Source of the DNA: Candidatus Micrarchaeia archaeon
GTDB taxonomy: Archaea; Micrarchaeota; Micrarchaeia; CABMEP01
NCBI GenBank assembly: GCA_038874185.1
Contig: JAVZCX010000005.1
Span: 1 to 24,000 of the forward strand
DNA length: 24,000 nt
Direction: 5' to 3'
The notes beneath the pieces were generated by a model. That model saw only the letters and a program-made list of their open reading frames with translations. It did not search any database and was not told the origin of the DNA. Positions 7,170 to 14,719 of this stretch are shown here, piece by piece. Within the stretch, counting starts at the first letter, position 1. Each line of letters begins with the position of its first letter. The position numbers and the translations under genes were made by a program.

Positions 7170-8777
7170 TCATACAAGTTCCGCTACTCCAAGAATCTGC
7201 ACTTCTCCACCAATCGCAGGTGAAATAGATCTAATTCCAGTGACTACAACTATAAGAATAATAAATGGTAAGAAAATAAAGGGAACTACATATTGAAGAA
7301 TGTAAGGGAGATAGTTCAACATCATATCTACGATATAAGGTGCAAGATCTTTATTTAATGCAACATATGCGCCCAATAATGCAATGTTTGAAATAGACTG
7401 TGCAATAGCTGATACATAATTAGATATTAATGTTGCAAAGGCAGGTGTTACAGGTGGAGAGGATACTACTTCTATAGCTTGCTCTAATAATCCAGGTATA
7501 GCAACTATGCTAGGTAGAGAGATGGTTCCAATATATGGAGCTACATTTGTACCTGTGATAGTACTTATCCAAGTAATTCGTATTGCATTAAATCCAGCTT
7601 CAACCTTCTCCATCAAATCAATAGATGCTGGCTCATTGAATAATGCTTTTATGACGTCACAGATCAATATAAATATGGGTGCACAGACTGGAGCGAATAT
7701 ACCACATATTGATGAATATGACACTCCAGATGTAATACAAAATGGTATATAGCTAAATGGACCCTGTGTACCTACGTTCAAGATGCCACTTATTACTCCT
7801 ATAGCAAGATGACCTAGAAAATCAACTATTGCGTACCATTTAATTGTATTAACAAAAACATCCACCTTCCCGGGTTTGTTTATGTGAGGAATCGCTGTAT
7901 TGGGTTGAAATGCAGAATTATACATTGTTTGAAAGATAATAATTGAAAGAGGTACGAAGATATAAAGACCAATACCAAAGGCGATAAGAGTTCTACCCAT
8001 TTTTCTAGTGATTGTAAAGAAGTTTAAAAATAAACCAAATGGAATTAAGACAGGAAGTGCAATCTTCCATACAAAATTAAGAATTGCATTAGAAAAAAGA
8101 GACACTATCAGAGCAAAAAGTGAAACTGATTGAATCATACCCATATGAGAATTAAAAACATCCACACCTGCAAATGGATTGCCTATTTTCATTGTAAACA
8201 TATCTAATCCAATTACCATAAGTCTAAATTTGGTTCCTGGCTGTTCTGTATCACCGCCTTTATTATCACCTGCAATCTTAGTAACCAGATTATATTGTGG
8301 TGGTGGACCAGATAATAATCCAAGTGCATATCCCAAGCGAATAGTATCAAGATAAGCATCCATTAGTTCGTTGGCTATCGAATCCAAAAAATTAGTGGAT
8401 GCGTGCATTGGCGTATAACCTGTGACTGCAACATAGATATTATCTATTACACCCACTGCTATTAATAGTATAAGAACTAAAAATAAACTGGCAGATACTT
8501 CATATAATTCTGACTTTGCCCATGTTTCCAGTTTCGGAAGACTGAATGCCTTTCCTAACATGAAACCTATTCCTGCTAAAAGAAATCCGATCAAAGCCAC
8601 AATTCCTAGTACTGGGAGCCAGTTTGGAATGGCGATACCTAATAATCGTTCACCTTCTGAATCTGAAATCTGCGCATAAGAAATAGAAAGTAAACTGAAA
8701 AATAAAAATAGCAAAATCACATATGGCTTTATTTTTTTAAATAGACTGGGGAGGATGGTATATAAACTTAACATCAA
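7170..8777 (-). CDS. Polytopic membrane protein, paralog P1 (longest; first gene of the array)
   Basis: 535-aa ORF. The track start at 8777 is a TTG, so the ATG at 8772-8774 is the more likely start. Signal peptide ends in SYA|QI. Post-TM1 helix GKAFSLPKLETWAKSELYEV. Core motif LIPFGLFLNFFTITRKMGRTLIAFGIGLYIFVPL. C-terminal tail GGEVQILGVAELV. No SD upstream, consistent with a first-in-operon or short-leader gene. Confidence 0.85.
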   Translation of the reverse strand: MMLSLYTILPSLFKKIKPYVILLFLFFSLLSISYAQISDSEGERLLGIAIPNWLPVLGIVALIGFLLAGIGFMLGKAFSLPKLETWAKSELYEVSASLFLVLILLIAVGVIDNIYVAVTGYTPMHASTNFLDSIANELMDAYLDTIRLGYALGLLSGPPPQYNLVTKIAGDNKGGDTEQPGTKFRLMVIGLDMFTMKIGNPFAGVDVFNSHMGMIQSVSLFALIVSLFSNAILNFVWKIALPVLIPFGLFLNFFTITRKMGRTLIAFGIGLYIFVPLSIIIFQTMYNSAFQPNTAIPHINKPGKVDVFVNTIKWYAIVDFLGHLAIGVISGILNVGTQGPFSYIPFCITSGVSYSSICGIFAPVCAPIFILICDVIKALFNEPASIDLMEKVEAGFNAIRITWISTITGTNVAPYIGTISLPSIVAIPGLLEQAIEVVSSPPVTPAFATLISNYVSAIAQSISNIALLGAYVALNKDLAPYIVDMMLNYLPYILQYVVPFIFLPFIILIVVVTGIRSISPAIGGEVQILGVAELV

Positions 8778-8846
8778 TTATTATTAAAAGAAAAGAATTT
8801 AAAATTAGATATATATATGTAGATAGTACAAAATAATAGGGAAAGA
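8778..8846. promoter_or_regulatory. Divergent promoter region between the paralog array (minus) and the 1057-aa bitopic protein gene (plus)
   Basis: This 69-bp AT-rich spacer is the only non-coding DNA between two head-to-head units. It contains TATA-like runs (TTAAAATTAGATATATATATG). No transcription start site can be assigned by eye. Confidence 0.4.
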
Positions 8847-11800
8847 ATGATGAAAAAATTGATTACGAAAATGGAACTTGCCTTTGACCATATTTTGCTT
8901 TATGTACTTATTTTAACTTTTCTCTCTTTCTTATCTTCTTCTCTTTATGCTGTAAACATCTGTCCAATAGATAAGAACCCAACAGAAATAACAATCGAAC
9001 ATTCAAGGCATCCGATAAATATACCTATAGGTATAACTGATAATACAATCGATGTTAATATACAACTTAATGCAATCGATAGAAAAACGCAAAATAGAAT
9101 ACCTCTCGCAAATAAGCAGGTTCTAATAGAACTCGTACTTGGAAGCAAATTTGTAACAAAAAATGCAGCTGGTGACTTTGTTCTTTCAGATGAACCAGCT
9201 CCGTTTCCAATAAATACAAGTGAAAACGGAACTATTTCCTTCACGATTTTTACTCAACCCCCACTTCTTGAAAATGTAACTGACCCAAGAAAGATCTCAT
9301 ATTCAATAACTGCTACATTTACACCGAAACCAAAAGAACCATTGATGGGAAGTGTGAAAACAGAGCGGTATGTCCCAGGTGTGCTTCCAATCATAAGCAT
9401 GACTGCTTGTGCTCCTCTTTTCATAATATTTGCTCTTCTTGTTGCTGCGATGTTTGCATCTGGAAAGAATCCGTTTGGTTTATTTGACTTTTCAAGAGTT
9501 GCGTTTAAAGCGCCAAGAATTCAGCCTGGAAGAGTTACAACTAGGGCTAAAACAACTGTTGGCACAGCACTAGCTGGAACTGCAGCTGGTGTTCTAAAAA
9601 GTGTGCTCGAATATGAAAAACGAAAAGCGATGAGAAAAGGATTAGAAAGTTTAGAGAAGAAGGCTGAAGAACTTGAAAAACAAGGAAAGAAAGAAGAGGC
9701 CGCTAAAGTAAGAATGCAGGCTGCAACACTTTTAGACAAGGTAGGAAGGAGATTATCTATAAAAGAAATTAAAGAAAAGGAAAAGAAAGAAGCAGAGCTT
9801 GGAATTGAAAAAGAAGAAGTAAAATTTAGACCTAAAATGTTAATAAAGGGATTAAGCCAAGAAGAATACAAGGCACTTAGAGACAGATATAACATAAAAG
9901 ACATAGAAAAATTCCGTTTTGGCGAGATTTTAACCGCATCATTATTGCAGGCAATGTCTAGATTGGGATACAAACCATGGATATATGCACATGGTATGGC
10001 AGTGGCAATGGAAAGACAAAGACCTATAAATAGATTAAATAAAGATGAAATCGAGAAAACTACAGAGGACATAACAAAAACTTTCAAATTAACTAAAGAG
10101 GAAATAGAAGAACTGAAAAAGAAGAATATAAAATTAGTTGATGAGAATGGATTAACTCCAGAGGCAAAGAAGTTTCTGCTTGAGAAATTTTTGAATGCAG
10201 GATATATACCAAAAAGCATCCAAAGCGAATTCACCAGGTTAGGAATTCTTAACGTTAATACGTTAAAAACAGAAATCGAACTTATAGATAAAATGAAAGG
10301 TAAGATAGGTGAAAAACAAATAGATGAGAAAATTGCCAATAAATTATTCCCTACAGCAGAAGAAATGCAAAATACGACTCCAAAAACAGCTAAGAATTTA
10401 GATCAACTTGTTAATCTACTTAGAAGTGGAGACTATACAAAAGCGGAAAAACTGATTAACAAAATGGAAAACAATAGAAATGAAATGCTTAACAAAATAA
10501 TGCCTTCGATTCCGACTGGAAGAACTTACGATCTATTACCACCTTTAGAAAAACAAGAAATCGCTTATTATATACAACGCGGTGTAATCTCAGGAAATGA
10601 ATTTTATAAGCGCCTTGGAATAGAAATGACAGAGCATGAATTGGCACGATCGCTTGGATTAGTTGCAAATGAATATGGAATTCCTAAAGATTTAGCAAAA
10701 GCCATAAAAGAGAATGATTACAAATACATCAAAGAAGTATATGATAAAACTGAAGGCAATAAAGAACAACGAAAGGTATTTGAATACATCATAAATGAAG
10801 CAGGAATAGGATATGCGCTCAATTACTTTGGAAACAAGAAAGATTTGGATAATTTCTTAACAAGCGAAGGAAAAGGTGGGATGAATCGTGATCAAATAAG
10901 AGATGCCGTAATTAAGACGTATGGTTATGAAAGCTTAAAACCGTATTTGCAAAATGCAGTAGGAAAAGATGAAATTGAAAAAGTTAATTATCTCATGAAA
11001 GAAAGGATTGATACTTTAAGAAATGAGATTCAAAATCTAGAAGGCAAAGTACCTAGAGACGATACGAAGCTCGCATCTTTAAGAACAGAATATAATAATT
11101 TAAGTGATTATAGAAAAGAAATAGAAAATAGAACAAACACATTAAGCCTGTTAAAAGATATAAATCAAAATAATAATATCTTCAGTCCCGACAGTATCGC
11201 GAGAGAGATAAGTGATATAAATGCAAATTATTGGAAAACTTATACCGAATCACTTAATTCTGTAATCAAGAAAAGTAAAGAGGTAGAGATAGAAAGCTTG
11301 ACAAAGGATGTCAATAAAACACTTTATAATGCAGCTGTCAGTTCAAACGATCCAGATGTAAAGAAACAACTATTGGAAGAATGGCGAAAAGTAAATAAAT
11401 TAGAAGGGAAGGAACCAACAATGGTTGGAGAGATTCGTAATGAATTTGAATCTCTCAAAACAGTGAAGGAATCACTAACAAACTCAATTGAGACTTTAAA
11501 TGATGAAATAAGTAAAAAACAAGCGATAATAAACGATTCTAAAACGCCTCCTGACGAAAGAAAAGAACTAGAAAATCAGATAAACAAACTTAAAAACATA
11601 ACATCAAACTTAGAGGATACCAACAAGAAATATGAGATAGATAAAAATTATAAAGAATACAAAACAATTTTAGAAGAACATACCAAAATGTTTAATGAGC
11701 ATCCTTATTTAGAGTACGGACATATTGATTCTATTTCTAAATTACCTGTAGAAGAAATTAAATATACATCTAATAGGGATGACCCTATTAACTCTCAACA

Positions 11801-12020
11801 CCTAACTCAAGCGAATGATATATTTCAAGCGTTCACTGCATTTAGTAACAGCAGTCTTGCCATGTATATTAAAAGAGTAGGCGAAGAAAACGGTTGGAAT
11901 GAAAAATGGCGTGAGCCTCCGACTTATTCTGAAAAAGAAATGAAAAAATTCAATGATGCTTTCTGGGGAGGTGAGGAAGAAAAGAAAGTAAATATGGAAT
12001 TTACTAAAAGTAAGGAATAA
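8847..12020 (+). CDS. Large bitopic membrane protein: signal peptide, beta-rich (Ig-like?) ectodomain of about 140 aa, single TM, about 850-aa K/E-rich helical cytoplasmic domain
   Basis: 1057-aa ORF. Signal peptide is LSFLSSSLYA|VN. Ectodomain (aa 36 to about 178) shows alternating beta-like patterns (VLIELVLGS, GTISFTIFT, ISYSITATFTP). TM is LPIISMTACAPLFIIFALLVAAMFA (about nt 9381-9458), followed by a basic stretch (KAPRIQPGRVTTRAKTT). The remainder is long runs of E, K, L, I and N typical of coiled coil. Transcribed divergently from the paralog array. Confidence 0.85.
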   Translation: MMKKLITKMELAFDHILLYVLILTFLSFLSSSLYAVNICPIDKNPTEITIEHSRHPINIPIGITDNTIDVNIQLNAIDRKTQNRIPLANKQVLIELVLGSKFVTKNAAGDFVLSDEPAPFPINTSENGTISFTIFTQPPLLENVTDPRKISYSITATFTPKPKEPLMGSVKTERYVPGVLPIISMTACAPLFIIFALLVAAMFASGKNPFGLFDFSRVAFKAPRIQPGRVTTRAKTTVGTALAGTAAGVLKSVLEYEKRKAMRKGLESLEKKAEELEKQGKKEEAAKVRMQAATLLDKVGRRLSIKEIKEKEKKEAELGIEKEEVKFRPKMLIKGLSQEEYKALRDRYNIKDIEKFRFGEILTASLLQAMSRLGYKPWIYAHGMAVAMERQRPINRLNKDEIEKTTEDITKTFKLTKEEIEELKKKNIKLVDENGLTPEAKKFLLEKFLNAGYIPKSIQSEFTRLGILNVNTLKTEIELIDKMKGKIGEKQIDEKIANKLFPTAEEMQNTTPKTAKNLDQLVNLLRSGDYTKAEKLINKMENNRNEMLNKIMPSIPTGRTYDLLPPLEKQEIAYYIQRGVISGNEFYKRLGIEMTEHELARSLGLVANEYGIPKDLAKAIKENDYKYIKEVYDKTEGNKEQRKVFEYIINEAGIGYALNYFGNKKDLDNFLTSEGKGGMNRDQIRDAVIKTYGYESLKPYLQNAVGKDEIEKVNYLMKERIDTLRNEIQNLEGKVPRDDTKLASLRTEYNNLSDYRKEIENRTNTLSLLKDINQNNNIFSPDSIAREISDINANYWKTYTESLNSVIKKSKEVEIESLTKDVNKTLYNAAVSSNDPDVKKQLLEEWRKVNKLEGKEPTMVGEIRNEFESLKTVKESLTNSIETLNDEISKKQAIINDSKTPPDERKELENQINKLKNITSNLEDTNKKYEIDKNYKEYKTILEEHTKMFNEHPYLEYGHIDSISKLPVEEIKYTSNRDDPINSQHLTQANDIFQAFTAFSNSSLAMYIKRVGEENGWNEKWREPPTYSEKEMKKFNDAFWGGEEEKKVNMEFTKSKE

Positions 12021-12032
12021 AAATTGAATTAA

Positions 12033-13364
12033 TCACCGGCCAAAAAATTTTTGCCTTTTCATTTTCTCTTCTGCAATCCGCATTACTTTTTCTGCCTCTT
12101 CATCGTCTTTGAACTCTACGGATTCACCTTTAAGTAATTTATCTGCCAACTCTTCAAGATGCTCCCTTTCCTTGTCCCATTGCTGTTGAAGTTCTTTCAA
12201 TAATGGTTGACCTTTGCAAACTTCTGCTGCCTTATCAATATACTTTTGATAAAATGGAAGCATTGCTGTTGATATTTCTATTCTTTTATCAATCAATTTT
12301 CTAATAAGATCACTAATAAATCTGACTCCCTCATCTAGTTTCATTGATTTGTGTCCCCAAAGTTTATTCCACTCATCATCTGATAAATCCTTATTATATT
12401 TTAAGAAATCTGATACCTTACTATAAGGTAAGTTCTTTATAAATTCTTTTTGGATTCCATGATGGACTTTATTGATTTTCTTGGCATCATTTCCTTCTTT
12501 TTGGATTGAATTAAGAAGTGTACCTTCTATTCGAGCTAGATGCTCCTTTGCTTCATTTGCAATTATAATAAAACTCTTCTCGTCTGCAAAATCTCTGAAT
12601 ACGTTATCTCGAAGAAAGCAAGGAGTAGAAAGCTCCCTGACATTGCTAACGGCATAGTTTGTAAGTCCTACATTATACAATAGATCACTGATTGCCCTGT
12701 ACAACATACGAAAGTAGAATTCATAATACCACTTTCTATATGAAAATGAAACATTATATTCCATTGCAGGTTTTACTACCTCTGAAATGGTCAAAACAGA
12801 TCTAATCCAATCCATATGACGAATTAGTCTATCCTTTTTTTCTAATTCAGGGGTCAATTCATCTTTCTTCTTATATATATCATTTTTCAATCTAAATACA
12901 AAAGTGCGCATTTGTAAAACCTTTAACGCCTCAATTATTCTTTCGTTTTTTTCCTTTCCGATTCTCTCTTCAACTTTTTCCATTAACTCGGGAAGTCTCT
13001 TATATTTACAGTGATATACGGCCTCCTTAATTTGAGAAGTTAAATCCTCTATTTCTTTGTCATTGATATAATACTTCCATTTCAAGTCGGAAATGTGGGA
13101 AAAGAGAAGATGGTTATGGTGGGATTCATCAAAATCCAAGCTGCTAATATTGAAAAAAATATCTTCATTCATATTTGTGTCTTGTGAAGAAGTATACGAG
13201 CTTAAATTATCAACGGTAGTAGAGCTCGTACCTATCGTTTCTTGTGAATATGAAGGAAACATAAGTCCTGCAGCTAGAACAGTGCCAAATGCAAATCTCT
13301 TGATTCTATCTTTTATTCGGTATGTCGTCTTTATTTCCTTTTCTGCCATATATTTTATTAGCAT
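12033..13364 (-). CDS. Exported or anchored alpha-helical protein, unknown function
   Basis: 443-aa ORF. Basic N-terminus plus hydrophobic span (RFAFGTVLAAGLMFPSYSQ), then an S/T-rich linker and a large domain that looks helical and rich in K, E and aromatic residues. The true start may be the internal Met (MAEKEIK). Confidence 0.7.
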   Translation of the reverse strand: MLIKYMAEKEIKTTYRIKDRIKRFAFGTVLAAGLMFPSYSQETIGTSSTTVDNLSSYTSSQDTNMNEDIFFNISSLDFDESHHNHLLFSHISDLKWKYYINDKEIEDLTSQIKEAVYHCKYKRLPELMEKVEERIGKEKNERIIEALKVLQMRTFVFRLKNDIYKKKDELTPELEKKDRLIRHMDWIRSVLTISEVVKPAMEYNVSFSYRKWYYEFYFRMLYRAISDLLYNVGLTNYAVSNVRELSTPCFLRDNVFRDFADEKSFIIIANEAKEHLARIEGTLLNSIQKEGNDAKKINKVHHGIQKEFIKNLPYSKVSDFLKYNKDLSDDEWNKLWGHKSMKLDEGVRFISDLIRKLIDKRIEISTAMLPFYQKYIDKAAEVCKGQPLLKELQQQWDKEREHLEELADKLLKGESVEFKDDEEAEKVMRIAEEKMKRQKFFGR

Positions 13365-13544
13365 TTCTTATTAATATTTTTTGCTTTTATTCTCTTTTAA
13401 TTTTATGTTCATCGGCTGGGGATTCAATAAATCAATAAAATTAGAAGAATATATTAAAGATGAATATAGTAAAATGGAAAAGGATAAAAATCAAGAAAAA
13501 AGATAATTACGGTAAAGAATATAAATAAGAAATTCGAGAATAGT
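13365..13544. promoter_or_regulatory. Divergent promoter region between 12033-13364 (minus) and 13545-14375 (plus)
   Basis: 180-bp AT-rich non-coding spacer between head-to-head genes. Confidence 0.35.
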
Positions 13545-14375
13545 ATGGTAGAAAAAATGGAAAAGGAAAGAGATAAAATAAAGAAAAAAGAAGAAAGCTT
13601 GACAGAAAAGATAAGAAGACCTATTGTAGAGAATATTGCAAAAGGACTAATAGGTTTTGGATTAATTTTTAATCCTGTGAAAGCAAACGCATTCTACGAC
13701 TACTATTATCTATATTATCCAGAATATAAAGAAATTGCTGAAATAATAGATAAGGATTTTGATGAGGAAAAAGGTAAAGTAATAAAGGAAATGTGGAATG
13801 CAAGAGAGAAAGACATGACCAAAAAAGCGATTGACATTCTAACTAATTTAGAAATAATGGAAATAGATCTAGAAGAGAAATATAATATAATAGAAGATAA
13901 AAAGAAATTCTATTTATATAGTATTCTTTTAATGAAGCAAGCAGAGTTCAATACTATAATTGATACCAAAGAAAAAGAAAGATTGCTTTATTTGGTAAGA
14001 GACAGAGTAACGAGAGAACTTGAAAAAGATCCTTATAATGTAGATACTCTGGAATTGGTACTTTTGAATGATAAAATATTGAAAGACATGTACCAAGAAG
14101 CAGGTTATTATATTGATATATATTATGAAGATGCAAGGAAACAAGGAAGACTTGAAATTAAAAACATAAGAACTAAATTCATAAATTCTATAAAGAGTTT
14201 CAAAGAACATTATGATAAATTAAACGAATTATTAAATATAGATAAGAATAAACGAACTTCTATATTTGACTATAGTAATAGAGAAAAGAAAAAGAAGATT
14301 AAAAGAATGATAGAAAAATTCGAAAATGATATGATTAGTATTGAAATGGATCTTAGAAAAGAAAGGCTCTTATAA
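13545..14375 (+). CDS. Exported or anchored K/E-rich helical protein, unknown function
   Basis: 276-aa ORF. Basic N-terminus, then a short hydrophobic span (IAKGLIGFGLIFNPVKANA|F), then a helical K/E/Y-rich sequence. Forms a divergent pair with 12033-13364. Confidence 0.65.
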   Translation: MVEKMEKERDKIKKKEESLTEKIRRPIVENIAKGLIGFGLIFNPVKANAFYDYYYLYYPEYKEIAEIIDKDFDEEKGKVIKEMWNAREKDMTKKAIDILTNLEIMEIDLEEKYNIIEDKKKFYLYSILLMKQAEFNTIIDTKEKERLLYLVRDRVTRELEKDPYNVDTLELVLLNDKILKDMYQEAGYYIDIYYEDARKQGRLEIKNIRTKFINSIKSFKEHYDKLNELLNIDKNKRTSIFDYSNREKKKKIKRMIEKFENDMISIEMDLRKERLL

Positions 14376-14410
14376 GTGCAATAATCAATATATAGAATTC
14401 TAAAATGAAA

Positions 14411-14431
14411 AGATATTAAAAAAATAAAACA
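14411..14431 (-). terminator. Putative archaeal oligo-T terminator for the tbp-domain gene
   Basis: An A7 run at 14418-14424 on the plus strand gives T7 on the minus strand, about 17-23 nt after the tbp stop. More T-rich sequence follows (minus strand reads TTTGTTTTATTTTTTTAATATCTTTTC). This is weak evidence in such an AT-rich genome. Confidence 0.3.
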
Positions 14432-14440
14432 AATTATAAA

Positions 14441-14719
14441 TCATCTCTTCTTCTGTGCTTTTTGAAGAATTGCCATTGCATTTCTGATTGCTAATTTTAC
14501 TTCTTTTTCTGTCTTGCAACCTGTACAGATTATCTTTCCATTCTTGAAGAGAAGTAATGATGATTTTGGTTCTTTAAGCTTAAGAATAGCTCCTGGGAAT
14601 TGCTCAGGCTCATATTCGATATTTGGAACCTTCCTTCCAAGAGAATAAAGATCCAGTTCGATTCCTAAGTTTGCTGATGCTACAATATTCTCAATCTTAA
14701 ATTTGACATCTTTCGCCAT
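14441..14719 (-). CDS. tbp: TATA-box-binding-protein domain protein consisting of a single TBP repeat (92 aa, half the normal TBP length)
   Basis: KFKIENIVASANLGIELDL ... NIEYEPEQFPGAILKLKEPKSSLLLFKNGKIICTGCKTEKEV matches the canonical TBP repeat (IENIVAS...L.L, EYEPE.FPG, EPK...L.F.SGK.V.TG.K). The protein ends in a basic tail (QKAQKKR) where the inter-repeat linker would start. GGGTG SD-like motif lies upstream of the ATG. Confidence 0.85.
   Translation of the reverse strand: MAKDVKFKIENIVASANLGIELDLYSLGRKVPNIEYEPEQFPGAILKLKEPKSSLLLFKNGKIICTGCKTEKEVKLAIRNAMAILQKAQKKR

Noticed and set aside
1579-7752. Short plus-strand ORFs inside the paralog array (1579-1815, 3055-3255, 3385-3669, 5118-5378, 5841-6065, 7507-7752) and the nested minus-strand ORF 2704-2901
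   Set aside because: All lie fully inside longer minus-strand ORFs whose coding status is supported by paralogy, SD motifs and TM periodicity. None has its own support.
9521-10339. 272-aa antisense ORF inside the 1057-aa gene (also 8945-9244)
   Set aside because: Its F/S/L-rich, low-complexity translation is the mirror image of GAA/AAG-rich K/E codons on the opposite strand. It has no SD or start context. It is a shadow ORF of a clearly coding K/E-rich gene.
13405-13506. 33-aa ORF (MFIGWGFNKSIKLEEYIKDEYSKMEKDKNQEKR) in the divergent spacer
   Set aside because: It has no SD, is very short, and has composition typical of random AT-rich sequence. It could be a real micro-protein, but nothing in the sequence supports this.
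13545-13700. Possible class III (type IV pilin-like) signal peptide in IAKG|LIGFGLIFNPV, as a substrate of the nearby A24 peptidase
   Set aside because: The hydrophobic stretch after the KG is only about 10 residues and is interrupted by N-P. The +1 Leu is atypical. A Sec-type A-N-A cleavage site follows. This is insufficient to call a pilin.
14441-14719. The half-TBP as a trivially truncated gene caused by a frameshift or assembly error
   Set aside because: It has its own SD and ATG, and it stops cleanly at the repeat boundary. Only 65 nt of AT-rich non-coding sequence lie before the next convergent gene. No TBP-like sequence occurs in any frame downstream. A decayed remnant cannot be fully excluded, so it is kept as a finding with caveats.
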